Part shown: piece after piece, positions 36,050-50,412 of the stretch
How the letters are laid out: each line of letters begins with the position of its first letter
Numbering within the stretch: position 1 is the first letter of the stretch
NCBI GenBank assembly: GCA_964016885.1
Contig: OZ024746.1
Location: forward strand, 51,770,001 to 51,834,000
Direction: 5' to 3'
DNA length: 64,000 nucleotides
Source: Eledone cirrhosa
Taxonomy: Eukaryota
Program-made: the position numbers and the translations under genes
The notes under the pieces: generated by a model
The model's database searches: none
The model's input: the letters and a program-made list of their open reading frames with translations, nothing else
What the model was told of the DNA's origin: nothing

Positions 36050-37479
36050 TTATTTCTTGTGTTTATGTATGTGTATGCATGTTTTTGTATTTGTGTGGTG
36101 TTTTTTGTTTGCTGTTGTTGTGTGCTCTTTTGTGTTGGTGTCAGTGTTATGTTTTGGGGAGGAGTTGTTTTCATTTGTGTGTCTGAGGTGTGTTTTCTTT
36201 TTTTCTTTTGATTGTGTGGAAGTGCTCCTCCTCGTCTGACGACGAACGAGGGTCATCTTCCGCGTTGGAGGGGAGGGATATATTTTCGGGTTGTGTTTGC
36301 GGTGCGGGTGTTTTGGAAATTGTTTTTTTTTTGAGTGGGGGGGGATGGGTTGGACATTGTTTTGTTTTGGTTTGAGCTGTGGTTGTTGTTTTTGTAGTGA
36401 TGGTTGTGGTGATTGTGTTGGTTGTGCAGTTGTTGGTGGTCTAGGCAGGATTGGGGTTTTCTTATTAACTTGAGGACAGACAGCTCTCAGGTGACCTCTG
36501 GCTCCACAGAGGTAACACGAGGGCCGCCTACCCTCAACGGTAATGTTGATAAAAGTTTGATCATCCAGTATGACGCGTTCAGGGATCTGGGCGATCCTTT
36601 CGGGCCTCATTTGAACTACAAGTTCGAGGCTCGTTCCACTGAACACGCCACCCGATGCCTTTCCCATGGATATTAGTGTGTCATCGTCTAGGTTCAGGAA
36701 ACCTGTCAATACCCACCATATGTCCATAATCGGAAGGATGGTGTGAATTTTTATTTTTTTTGTCCTTCTACCCATGTACGTAAGGTAGAAGGTGTATGCG
36801 GTGGATGTGATTGGTTGTAATGGACAGTTTCACTGCTGTGTCCCTGTCCTTCATGAGAATGGATAGACTCCCGTAGAGTCTATCCTTCTGAATGAATATG
36901 ATGTCTTTCATGACATCTTTTAAAACCAGCTCTATCTCACTCTGTAATGGTTGAGCTGGTTTTTTGCTTTTGTTTGAGACTGTCCTAAACATGACAGTGT
37001 TTAGGAGTCTCTGGCTTTTTAGTTCCGGGGGTGGGGGGGGTGGGGGGGGGCGAAAATGATCCATATTCCCCGTACATTATGCATTTTTTGGCATCTGCCA
37101 GTAGCTCCTTCGCTTTGCTTATATCTACTGGCAGATAGTCGAGGGTTTTCCTTGCCGTCTGGGCGAAGGTGACCTTTTCCTTGTTTGTGTTGCTGTTGTA
37201 GTTGGTGGTGTTGTTGTTATTGTTATTGTTGTTGTTTTCGTTCGTAGCATTGTTGTTGTTGTTGTTGCTGGTGCCGCTGGTTGTGTTGGTTTTGTTCATT
37301 GTTTCACACTTTTGGTTTGTTGCCATGGCAACGTCAAGTTGTCGGTCAGCAGGTGGAGAAAATCCTTCCTCTGGCTGACCTTTGTCTTTGACATCTGCTA
37401 CTATGACAGTGGCAGGGGGAAGCTGTAAGCATATCTTCCCCTTTCCTCCTTCGAATTTTGGTGAAGAAGCTTCAGCCAT
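36050..37479 (-). pseudogene. Tx1 ORF1 (gag-like, zinc knuckle), frameshifted
   Basis: VEGRRPSCYLCGARGHLRAVCP. Pieces at 36985-37479, 36768-37064, 36050-36775. Confidence 0.85.
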
Positions 37480-37691
37480 TTTAAAAAAAAGTCAGCTTTT
37501 CAAAAAAAAACTTTTTGTTAACTATTTCGCCTAAAGGCGTAGAATATTTTGAGAGACTGACCAGATCAAAATTTGACCTGGCAGTCCCTCCACAAAATGG
37601 TACAAAAGTGAAAGTTTACAGCCAAGAATTTCTCTAGAAATTTAAGCAGAACTTACTCAGCAAGTTTCATGCGTGTGTCCATCCCAGAGAG

Positions 37692-37699
37692 AGATAGAC

Positions 37700-37776
<77 letters not shown>
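37692..37776. repeat. (GATA)n tract separating Tx1 copies
   Basis: Direct reading. Confidence 0.95.
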
Positions 37777-37778
37777 TG

Positions 37779-38665
37779 TTTCTTTTATTTGCCACCAGAG
37801 TATCAAAAGTGGGACAAGTACAATGGGGGCAGTTTACAAAACAAGGCGTCTTCAATAAGGAGGAGGCAATAACAATATATAAAAATAAAATAAAATATAA
37901 CAAAAAATAAAATTTATAACAAAGTCCTCAATAGAGAGGAGGCGCCTTGGGGGGTCTCACACACCCCCGAAAAAAAGTGTGCAACCCTTTTCCTCGGCAG
38001 CACAGAGAAGGGGTGCTCCCTTGGTCTTTCATCTTCCTCACCTATAGTCTGATGTAGAGTGAAGGCCCGTTACAATAGACTCGGTGGTCAACCGGATCGG
38101 TCCCACCCTTGACAGCAGTTGTTCGACATAGCCCCACAGATCGGCAATGCTCGAGCAGTGTACCAATGCGTGTGCAACGGTTTTCTCGTCGCACACGCAT
38201 CTGGGACAGATCTTTTTCGAGGGGTCCCTACCCGGGCGCCCGTGTCTGTAGAGCCTTTCTCGAGCGGGTAGAGCCCTTCTGTAGCATTGCCAGGCCAAGG
38301 ACCTCTGGAAGTTATCCATGGGTCCCGGGCTGAATGTCCTACCGAACAGGTTGGCCAGTTCGTCTTCCTCCATGCCTAGGGCTTCTCCGAGGGCGTCGTC
38401 GCACCTGCTAACCACCAGCCCTCTATAGAATGACGAGGTGGATTCTCCACTGACAGCCGGGTCCGCCTGCCAGAGAGCCGTGAGCGCCTGGGCACACTCG
38501 GTGTGCCAGGCGCCCAGTTTTCTCGGTCTTTGCTTGACCCAGGATTGCAGCTCGGTGAGTGAGACGAGTCTGGGAAAGGCTCGCCTCACAAACGGGGCCC
38601 ACACCGGTTGACCGGAGAGGAATACCTGAAGGTGCCGTAGCCTTAATGCGTGTTTACGTATCATA
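37779..38665 (-). mobile_element. 5'-truncated, internally deleted copy of the same Tx1 family
   Basis: ORF 38038-38664 is nearly identical to 32530-33125. Deletion junction gaaggccc|gttacaatag at ~38068. Confidence 0.9.
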
Positions 38666-39159
38666 GAGAGATAGATAGATAGGCAGGCAGGCAGGTAGGT
38701 AGGTAGGTATGTATGTAGGTAGGTAGGTAGGTAGATAGGTAGGTAGTCAGGTAGGTAGGTAGGTAGTCAGGTAGGTAGGTAGGTAGGTAGGTAGGTAGGT
38801 AGGTAGGTAGGTAGGTAGAATACGCTACGGTATGCTGTTTAACGTAAAACAAGCAACCAACCAACAAACAGCTAAGCTATTAATTGCTCTTTCACTGAAC
38901 TCCAATACAAAGCGAATCAAACGTAAATCTCTTAGACAGAATAAAACTATTCTATACAGACACAGGCAGATATGTCTATCATAATAAACCTGTTTAGACA
39001 GGTAGCTATATGTGGTTTACTTTTTCTGTGGGTGTTTGTTAGCTTTGTTTTACTATGCCATCTTCTTTTCCTATTTTATTTTTACTACCTATATATATTC
39101 TATATATATATATATGTGTATGTATGTATGTATATATATATGTATACATGCATACATAC

Positions 39160-39768
39160 ATGGTGGCTGCCAACTCGTTTTCGAATACGGCCACTACTTT
39201 ATTTTCATGTAGGAGAACCCCCACCGATGCGCTGAACGAGTGTGACTTCTTAGTCCAGCCAGCGACTTGAAAACTCTGGTACAAACACTACACTTGTGAC
39301 AATTATTGACACAGAGTGCTGGGCCCATGGTACCATGCGACGACAAGTGCAGAGATATCTCCAGATATAAAGCAATGCCTGTGCCGTGAAGCTTTTATAG
39401 TGAGCAAAGGCACTGCACAAAGCCAGTCCCACTTTCTTAACCAAGATGATATTTACCAAAAATAAGAACAAGTCAACATCATTGGATACCATCAGAGTTG
39501 CAGGTGTTATATCAGAGTTTTCCATCTCCTAGAATTCTGCCTTGAGAAAGGCTAAGGGGTAATCTCTCCCGGTGATTTTGGAAGGCCATTGACTCTTAAT
39601 AGCTCCTTTGCCCTTTGACAGGTTTTGTTTTTATTCCTGCAGGATGTCCAAAGTCACCCTCCTCACGAAGAAACCTTGGTGGGGTTGCCAGTTTAGTCGC
39701 CAACGACCCGGCCATGAGTCGGGTTGTACTGGGATACATGTTACCAGTAGCACCAACTGGTGACCTAA
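39160..39768 (-). mobile_element. Bipartite non-autonomous RTE-like element (5' UTR joined to C2H2-encoding 3' end)
   Basis: 3' end gtggccgtattcgaaaacgagttggcagccacca-(TATG)n, CSVC..KSLAGLRSH remnant, and an RTE-type 5' UTR motif shared with 62580-62625. Confidence 0.6.
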
Positions 39769-39934
39769 CATATATATATATACATACATACATATACACA
39801 CACATATATATATACACACATATACACTATACACACACATACACATACATACATATACATATACACACATATATATACATATATATATATACACATATAC
39901 ATATATATACATATATATACACATATATACACAC

Positions 39935-39965
<31 letters not shown>

Positions 39966-40918
39966 TACATACATATATATATACATATATATATACATAT
40001 ATATACATATGTATATATATATATACATATATACACATACATACATATATATATACATATATATATACATATATATATACATACATATATACATATATAT
40101 ATACATATATACATATATACATATATATATACACATATATATATATACATATATATATATACATATATATACATATATATACATATATATATACATATAT
40201 ATATACACATATATACATACACACATATACACACATATATATATATATACACATATATACACACATATATATATATACACATATACACACATATACATAT
40301 ATATACTTATATACACATATACACACACATATATATATATATACACATATACACACATATACATATATATATATACACATATATACACATATATACATAT
40401 ATATATACATATATATACACATATATACATATATATCCATATATACATATATATATACATATACATATACATATATATATATATACATATATATACATAT
40501 ATATACATACATATATATACATATATATACATATATACATACATATATACATATATATATATACATATATATACATATATATATATATACATATATATAC
40601 ATATATACATATATATACATATATACAAATATATACATATATACATATATATATATATACATACATACATATATACATATATACATATATACATATATAT
40701 ATACATATATACATATATATATATACATATATACATACATATATATATACATATATACACACATATATACATAACTTTGAATAACTTTGAAATGTTTTGG
40801 CCAGTATTGGCCCAGGCCATGTCTAACTTAATAGCACCACCTGGCGAAGTCTTTCAATTGAGGATTTGGGCACCATGGCCATATATATACATATATATAC
40901 ATATATATATATACACCC

Positions 40919-40961
<43 letters not shown>

Positions 40962-41526
40962 CATATACAAACATATACACATATATATACTTATACATAC
41001 ATATACATATATATACATATATAAATATATATATACATATATATACATATATATACATATATATATACATATATATACATATATACATACATATATACAT
41101 ATATATACATATATATATACATATAAATACATATATACACATATACATATACATATATATAGACATATATATATATATATATATATACATATATACATAC
41201 ATATACATATATATAGACATACATATATACATATATATAGATATACATTTAAAGTATATGATAAACACGAAATGTGTTTACATTGCAACAGACAAGTAAG
41301 CTATTAATGAAATAAACTAATAAAAGTGAATACAATTTGTCTGTCTCGATACAAGTCAATAAAGACAAGCTTATATTGGCAACGGCCATGATTCAAAATT
41401 TAAACCTGTTCTGTAGACGAATTTGAACATCGAAACCCAAATAAGTTTCGCAACGGTGGAATGTGAATTGAAAAATACATATATATATACATATATATAT
41501 ACATATATAGATATATATATACATAC

Positions 41527-41563
<37 letters not shown>

Positions 41564-41646
41564 TATACATATATATACATATATATATATATATACATAT
41601 ATACATATATATACATATACACACATATACATATATACCTATATAC

Positions 41647-41679
<33 letters not shown>

Positions 41680-41746
41680 CATATATACATATATACACAT
41701 AAGTATATATACATATATACATATACACATATATATACATATATAC

Positions 41747-41777
<31 letters not shown>

Positions 41778-41950
41778 CATATATACATATATATACATAT
41801 ACATATATATACATATATACATATATACATATATATATATATACATATATACATATATATACATATATATATATACATATATACATATATATATACATAT
41901 ATATATATACATATATACATATATACATATATATACATATATACATATAA

Positions 41951-41981
<31 letters not shown>

Positions 41982-42046
41982 CATATATACATATATATAC
42001 ATATATACATATATACATATATATATACATATATACATATATATAC

Positions 42047-42089
<43 letters not shown>

Positions 42090-42128
42090 TATATATATAT
42101 ATACATATATATACATATATATATATAC

Positions 42129-42159
<31 letters not shown>

Positions 42160-42186
42160 CACATACATATATACATATATATATAC

Positions 42187-42218
<32 letters not shown>

Positions 42219-42276
42219 GTACATATATACAGATACATTTATATACATATATAGATATATATTCACATATATACAC

Positions 42277-42309
<33 letters not shown>

Positions 42310-42362
42310 CATTTATATACATATATAGATATATATTCACATATATATACATATATATATAC

Positions 42363-42459
<97 letters not shown>

Positions 42460-42638
42460 TAAAATATAAAAAAAAATAATAATGAATAAAACAATGAAAC
42501 AGTTCCTTACTCTGTATTCCGTTTATCTTTCACCGAAAGTGATTTTTCATTGCATCTCTTCTTTCCATGATATCCGGACTACATTGAGATCTCCATACGG
42601 ATTGGACACTACCGTAAACTCTTGGTAGATTTATCTAC

Positions 42639-42732
<94 letters not shown>

Positions 42733-42737
42733 ATAAA

Positions 42738-42813
<76 letters not shown>

Positions 42814-42908
42814 CATACACACATACATACATACATAAATATATATATATATACATACTTTATATATATATATTTATAAGCATATATGTATAGATAGATA
42901 TATGTATT

Positions 42909-42957
<49 letters not shown>

Positions 42958-43112
42958 ATATACTTATACATGTATATATACATGTATAAGTATATATGTA
43001 TAAGTATATATATATATATGATATATATATATATATTATATATATATATATATGATATATATATATATATTTATATATATATATATATGACATATATATA
43101 TCATATATATAT

Positions 43113-43170
<58 letters not shown>
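39769..43170. repeat. Long (TA)n/(TACA)n compound microsatellite with three short unique islands (40772-40880, 41250-41478, 42460-42638)
   Basis: Direct reading. Confidence 0.9.
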
Positions 43171-43171
<1 letters not shown>

Positions 43172-43273
43172 CGAAGGAAATGTGGTAAGGAACCAGGTGG
43201 ACCATAACACACCAAAGTACTCAATACTTAGGGTAGTAGAGTGGGTACTAGAAACGAGTAGGTCCTACTCGTT

Positions 43274-43277
<4 letters not shown>
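43171..43277 (-). mobile_element. Fold-back family H, very short copy
   Basis: Same tail as 63281. Mini hairpin aacgagtagg-t-cctactcgtt. Confidence 0.8.
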
Positions 43278-43340
<63 letters not shown>

Positions 43341-43880
43341 TTGCGAGGTTTTTTATATGAAATCGTGTGTCGAAACAAATATTGTTATACTTGGGGAGGG
43401 TCATATTTGTGTAATATTGCCAGAATTAATAACAGAACACACTCACTCTTTGGTTGGTTTTCGCTTCTGTGTCTTTTATATCGGTAATCTAATTTATTCG
43501 GTCCTCAATGTTGCCATTGACTGACCGACGATCAAAAATATTACAGATACAATATAGACACAAACACATATATATAGTTTATCAAAGTTCTTTCGTTGCA
43601 AATCTGCAACATTGTCAGTGGTGCTATTGTTTCCTCCCGTTACATTGTATGTCTACGCCATCTTTATTTAGTCTGTCTATATATTTATTTATTTATTTGT
43701 TTGTTTGTTTATTTTATTTTGTCTTCTTTGCGCATGCGTTTGCGTGTGTGTATAGTGTTTTGTTGATGTGTGTTCGTGATTGTATTCTATGTATTCTATC
43801 TTTACTAGTGTGTGTTTATATGTGTTTGTTGTTATTGTGCTTGTGTATGTATTTATTTATTTATCTATTTATTTATTTAT

Positions 43881-44789
43881 TTATACTTCTCTTAGGTCAG
43901 TGTTGTTTGTTTGGGTGTTGTTATTCCATTCATTCTTTCTGTTTAGTCTTGGCCTTCTAAGTTCTATTTCACTGGCCTCTCTGATTTGCCTATCTGCTGG
44001 GTCATTTCTATGTTTAGATATTATTCTAATTTCTATGTTGTCTATGTTACCGTCGTGTTGTTGTCTGGCATGTTCGTATAGTACTGATCCGCTTTTTCGT
44101 CCTTTTAGTTCCCCCCAGTGTTGGTCTATCCTTTCACCTATGCTACGAGCTGTCTCGCCTATGTATGTTGTTGTCATGTTTCTGCAAGTACCCTCTGTAC
44201 ATCTTATGCTATAGACTACGTTTCTAGTTTTACAGTTTATCCGGGGGTTTACCTTACATATGATACATTTCCTATTAGAACAGTGGGTTTTATTAAACGG
44301 GTAGGTTTTGCTGATCAGGGATTTTATGGTGGTTCCTGGCTTTTCTACCACCTTAATCTTTAAGTGTGTCTTTCTCAGGGCCTTTCTACACTGGTTAGCT
44401 AATTTCCCTCCAGGGGTAGCGTCCACAAACATGACACTCTGGTATCTCTGGTTGTCGTACCATGAGGTGGCTTTCCCTATCTTATGTCCAGCCCTATCTA
44501 AGCTATTCCATGATTTGCTCCTATATAATGGGCAAATTCCTTTCATGTCCAGTTCTATGAGGGTCTTATACTTCTCCATGGCTCCTTCGTATACTCTGAC
44601 TCTGTCACTTTGGTTGTAGCCAGAGAACTGCATGGGGTTGATGAAGTGTTGGATGTGTCTTTCCATTTCTGTTGGGTCGCACATGGGGGACACATTCTTC
44701 ATCACTCGTACCAAATCTGCGATCAGAATATTAAACTTAGCAGTACTGGACATTTCTGAGTTTTTGAGTATCAGGTATTTGGAGGCCAT
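43881..44789 (-). CDS. PLE RT thumb + Cys-rich linker + GIY-YIG endonuclease (intact C-terminal part)
   Basis: CSNRKCIIC..NCKTRNVVYSIRC..C..YIGETARS..R..QH..LYEHARQQH..RQIREA..LNRKNEW. Confidence 0.9.
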   Translation of the reverse strand: MASKYLILKNSEMSSTAKFNILIADLVRVMKNVSPMCDPTEMERHIQHFINPMQFSGYNQSDRVRVYEGAMEKYKTLIELDMKGICPLYRSKSWNSLDRAGHKIGKATSWYDNQRYQSVMFVDATPGGKLANQCRKALRKTHLKIKVVEKPGTTIKSLISKTYPFNKTHCSNRKCIICKVNPRINCKTRNVVYSIRCTEGTCRNMTTTYIGETARSIGERIDQHWGELKGRKSGSVLYEHARQQHDGNIDNIEIRIISKHRNDPADRQIREASEIELRRPRLNRKNEWNNNTQTNNTDLREV

Positions 44790-46507
44790 GGGTTTAGCAT
44801 AGTGTGAGTAAAGTATTTGGGCTCTCTCGTCTATAGTGTTAATTCAGAGTTCCGTGTCTAATACAGGTAGTCTATTATTAGGGTGTTTGGAAGGGAAGTC
44901 GATAGTTACAGTTATACTCTGGTGTATGGAATTAGCTATCTGCTGGATGCTTTCCATTGTGCTACGTTCTAAATCAAACTTGTTAGTGCTCTCTAGTGGG
45001 GATGTTCTTATAACTATATTGATATCGTCTACGTAACGAGAGTACATGATGAGGTCTATAGAGCTCTCATTAAGGAGATCTTTAAGTCTCCTTTTCCACC
45101 ATACCATGAAAAGGTTGGCAACATCACCAGCTATGCTGACGCCAATGGCTGCTCCCTCATTTTGGGTGTAGATCTTCTCGATGAACTTGAATATGTGGCC
45201 CTTTAGGGTAGTTTTGATACTAGCCCCTATTGCATGTGCGACCATTTTTCTTACCTGATCATTGTTTTTGGGGGTCCGTATAGCTTTGGTCCACCCAGTC
45301 CACCTTCCCATGGGAGTCTTTTTTGCCATTGAGGTTATGGTGGGGTCTACCTCTTATGGGTCTTCTAGGGCAGAAACGTCTAAGGTCATGGCTGTCTAGG
45401 TAGTCAGTGTCGTAGGTAAGTCTAAGTAGGAGGCCCAGTTCGTCTGTGTCGACGTCGCAGAACTCCACCTCACTCTCAATGATCATCTCCACACATTTTC
45501 ACAGCAAAATCAATGTTAATGGATGGGTACAGTGATACCACATCCATGCTGCCTATTATACAGTTGGATAGGTTCCTGTTTTTGTTGCACTCACTGATTC
45601 TGCTGAGGAGGTCCTCTGTACTGTCACATACATCTGGGGACATCTTGATTATGGGGCGTATAACCATTGAGAGGAAGTAGGAGATCCTGTAGTTGCTAGC
45701 TATATTAGCTCCGCATACGGGTCTTGTTGGTGGTCCTGTTGTCGGGTCGTTGCGGAGCCCATACAAGGGTGGTATGCCATTGTTAGACGCCTGGAAGTTG
45801 TTGCCATAACGGCGATGAATTAGTTTTGCGAGGTTTTTTTATATGAAATCGTGTTTCGAAACAAATATTGTTATACTTGGGGAGGGTCATATTTGTGTAA
45901 TATTGCCAGAATTAATAACAGAACACACTCACTGTTTGGTTCGTTTTCGCTTCTGTGTCTTTTATATCGGTAATCTAATTTATTCGTCCTCAATGTTGCC
46001 ATTGACTGACCGACGGTCAAAAATAATACAGATACAATATAGACACAAACACATATATATAGTCTATCAAAGTTCTTTCGTTGCGCATCGGCAACATCGT
46101 CAGCGGTGCTATTGTTTCCTCCCGTTACATTGTATGTCTACGCCATTTTTATTTAGTCTGTCTATATATTTATTTATTTATTTGTTTGTTTGTTTATTTT
46201 ATTTTGTCTTCTTTGCGCATGCGTTTGCGTGTGTGTATAGTGTTTTGTTGATGTGTGTTCGTGATTGTATTCTATGTATTCTATCTTTACTAGTGTGTGT
46301 TTATATGTGTTTGTTGTTATTGTGCTTGTGTATGTATTTATTTATTTATTTATCTATTTATTTATTTATTTATACTTCTCTTAGGACAGTGTTGTTTGTT
46401 TGGGTGTTGTTGTTATTCCATTCATTCGTCCAGATCTATGAGGGTCTTATACTTCTCCATGGCTCCTTCGCATACTCTGACTCTGTCTCTTTGGTTGTAG
46501 CATTAGC

Positions 46508-49500
46508 TTGTGCCAAGCTGAAAGGTTATTGAAAGACACTGTTTTCTGTTATATAAAAACTACAATAACAACAGAACAAATCCGCTTCTTAAAACACTGT
46601 GTTTCCTCCAAAATATACACAACAAACATATCAAAACAAGTAAATAATTTATTATTGAACAAAACACAAGCTGAACGACTAAAACACACAATAACAGTTA
46701 ATATGAAAAGAACAACATACACAAAAGTCAACGAACTTTACAGACAGAAACGCATTAACGGTAAGGAAGTCCAAAATCTCGCCACACCAAACGAAAGGGA
46801 TGACTTCATGAGCGTCATCGGACGTGAAACGAAATATGCCCGAAACGAATGCAATAGGCATTTCAATAAGAAATTAGAATGGGTGAATAAGAAAAAAACT
46901 ACAAGAAAGGAAAATAGAATATTCTCAAAAATACCCAGATAACATCAACAATATCCGTATGACAGATGTAAAACTACCGGAAGAATTTACCAATCACCAC
47001 ACAGTAAATATTTATGGGAACACTTTAATCAGTGAACAAGAACAACAAATCCTGCAGCTATCACCAAAATTTGCCATCTACAAAAAGATTAACCCTATTG
47101 AGTGCAAAACGAAGCTGGAAAAGTGTTTGACAAAAATACGTTGGAATGCAAAAGTAAACAACAACAACAGCAATAATAACGGTAGTAGTAATATAAACAA
47201 TAACTCTGAGGATAGAAATAACAGCCATAACAATAACAATAGCAGGAGAGTGAGAAATAGTAATAATGGTAATAATACTAACGATAGACAGAACAACAAC
47301 AACAACAACAACCACAATAATAATAATAATAGAAACATTAACCACAGACACAGCAGCAGCGACCACAGTAGTAATAACGGTAACAATACGAACAACAACA
47401 ACAATAACCACAGTGGTAATAATGGAAATAATACATGTAGCAACATTAATGATAGACACAACAAAAACAAGAAACATAATAAAAGTAACAACCACAATGG
47501 TAGAAATAACAGTAACAACAACAATAACGGTGAAGTAAACAATACATCTAGCAATCAGAACAATAATAATAATGCTAATGATAGGAACAACAACAACCAC
47601 CATGATAACAATAATAGCAACACACACAACTATGACGATAGATATAATGACAAATCCTTAGAGAAACTATTTTTCAACCCAGCTGACAAAACATATAAGA
47701 TGGGTAATATCTATCCTACGAGGTTACCCTTTAATAAAAGAGTTTGCATACCACAACAAATAGATGACGAGACAGAGGCACAGTTCACCATAGCTAGAAA
47801 TAAGATTAGACAAATAGTAGACCGGTATACTAAGAGACAGAGCAGACCAGAGGCCCAACAACTTGGGAGGAAACCTGTAGAAGGCTTGGTTAGCCTCAAG
47901 CAGCGCACAAGGGATGGTGAGGTAGTATGTCTACCCACGGATAAGCCTGGTAGGATGTCAATAGATAGCATGCCGAACTACATCAAGGCTATGCAACCCC
48001 ACATCACCAACACGAGCGAAATTGCACAGCAAACACATGATGGGAGAGAGAAAATCCTCAACGCTCACATGATGATGTGGACTGACATCCTAAAGCCAAG
48101 CAGACGCACTGCCAGCAACTTCCAGGCGTCTAACAATGGCATACCACCCTTGTATGGGCTCCGCAAAGACCACAAGACAGTCGACGACCCGACAACAGGA
48201 CCACCAACAAGAACCGTATGCGGAGCTAATATAGCTAGCAACTACAGGATCTCCTACTTCCTCTCAATGGTTATACGCCCCATAATCAAGATGTCCCCAG
48301 ATGTATGTAACAGTACAGAGGACCTCCTCAGCAGAATCAGTGAGTGCAACAAAAACAGGAACCTATCCAACTGCATAATAGGCAGCATGGATGTGGTATC
48401 ACTGTACCCATCCATTAACATTGATTTTGCTGTGGAAAAATGTCTGGAGATGATCATTGAGAGTGAGGTGGAGTTCTGCGACGTCGACACAGACGAACTG
48501 GGCCTCCTACTTAGACTTACCTATGACACTGACTACCTAGACAGCCATGACCTTAGACGTTTCTGCCCTAGTAGACCCATAAGAGGTAGACTCCACATCA
48601 TAACCTCAATGGCAAAAAAGACTCCCATGGGAAGGTGGATTGGGTGGACCAAAGCTATACGGACCCCCCAAAACAATGATCAGGTAAGAAAAATGGTCGC
48701 ACATGCAATAGGGGCTAGTATCAAAACTACCCTAAAGGGCCACATATTCAAGTTCAACGAGAAGATCTACACGCAAAATGAGGGAGCAGCCATTGGCGTC
48801 AGCATAGCTGGTGATGTTGCCAACCTTTTCATGGTATGGTGGGAAAGGAGACTTAAAGATCTCCTTAATGAGAGCTCCATAGACCTCATCATGTACTCTC
48901 GTTACGTAGACGATATCAATATAGTTATAAGAACATCCCCACTAGAGAGCACTAACAAGTTTGATTTAGAACGTAGCACAATGGAAAGCATCCAGCAGAT
49001 AGCTAATTCCATACACCAGAGTATAACTGTAACTATCGACTTCCCTTTCAAACACCCTAATAATAGGCTACCTGTATTAGACACGGAACTCTGGATTAAC
49101 ACTATAGACGAGAGAATTCTCCACTCACACTACGCTAAACCCATGGCCTCCAAATACCTGATACTCAAAAACTCAGCAATGTCCAGTAGTGCTAAGTTTA
49201 ATATTCTGATCGCAGATTTGGTACGAGTGATGAAGAATGTGTCCCGCATGTGCGACCCAACAGAAATGGAAAGACACATCCAACACTTCATCAACCGCAT
49301 GCAGTTCTCTGGCTACAACCAAAGAGACAGAGTCAGAGTATACGAAGGAGCCATGGAGAAGTATAAGACCCTCATAGAACTGGACATGAAAGGAATTTGC
49401 CCATTATATAGGAGCAAATCATGGAATAGCTTGGTAGAAAAGCCAGGTGGTAGAAAAGCCAGGAACCACCATAAAATCCCTGATGAGCAAAACCTACCCG

Positions 49501-49918
49501 TTTAAGAAAACCCACTCTACTAATAGGAAATGTATCATATGTAAGGTAAACCCCCGGATAAACTGTAAAACTAGAAACGTAGTCTATAGCATAAGATGTA
49601 CAGAGGGTACTTGCAGAAACATGACAACAACATACATAGGCGAGACAGCTCGTAGCATAGGTGAAAGGATAGACCAAACCTGGGGGAACTAAAAGGACGA
49701 AAAAACGGGTCAGTACTATACGGACATGCCAGACAACAACACGACGGTAACATTGACAACATAGAAATTAGAATAATATCTAAACATAGAAATGACCCAG
49801 CAGATAGGCAAATCAGCGAGGCCAGTGAAATAGAACTTAGAAGGCCAAGACTAAACAGAAAGAATGAATGGAATAACAACAACACCCAAACAAACAACAC
49901 TGACCTAAGAGAAGTATA
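46508..49918 (+). pseudogene. Near full-length PLE (Naiad-like) ORF: N-terminus, Asn-rich linker, RT, GIY-YIG; frameshifts at ~46935, ~49440, ~49680
   Basis: LQLSPKFAI, KIRW, TDKPGR (DKG motif), PPLYGLRKDHK, SMDVVSLYPSI, QNEGAAIG, YSRYVDD, LPVLDTELW. Confidence 0.9.
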
Positions 49919-50412
49919 AATAAATAAATAAATAGATAAATAAATAAATAAATACATACACAAGCACAATAACAACAAACACATATAAACACAAACTAGT
50001 AAAGATAGAATACATAGAATACAATCACGAACACACATCAACAAAACACTATACACACACGCAAACGCATGCGCAAAGAAGACAAAATAAAATAAACAAA
50101 CACACAAATAAATAATTATATAGACAGACTAAAAAAAATGGCGTTGACATACAATGTAACGGGAGGAAACAATAGCACCACTGACGATGTTGCAGGTGTG
50201 CAACGAAAGAACTTTGATAAACTATATATATGTGTTTGCGTCTATATTGTATATGTATTATTTTTGACCGTCGGTCAGTCAATGGCAACATTGAGGACCG
50301 AATAAATTAGATTACCGATATAAAAGACACAGAAGCGAAAACCAACCAAACAGTGAGTGTGTTCTGTTATTAATTCTGGCAATATTACACAAATATGACC
50401 CTCCCCAAGTAT

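Larger units (their letters stand above)
31990..37685 (-). mobile_element. Near full-length Tx1-clade (L1) LINE inserted in (GATA)n
   Basis: ORF1 with CCHC knuckle, ORF2 with APE + RT + C-terminal Cys/His motif, GATA repeats at both ends. Confidence 0.92.

Noticed and set aside
49480-49510. CTGATGA...GAAA inside the PLE ORF
   Set aside because: There are no convincing stems, it is coding sequence (SLMSK), and it is not conserved in the other copies.
46508-49918. Selenocysteine recoding, reported for some Naiad PLEs
   Set aside because: The break at ~46940 is a frameshift ending in TAA. The intact C-terminus (43881-44789) has no in-frame TGA and no SECIS was recognised.
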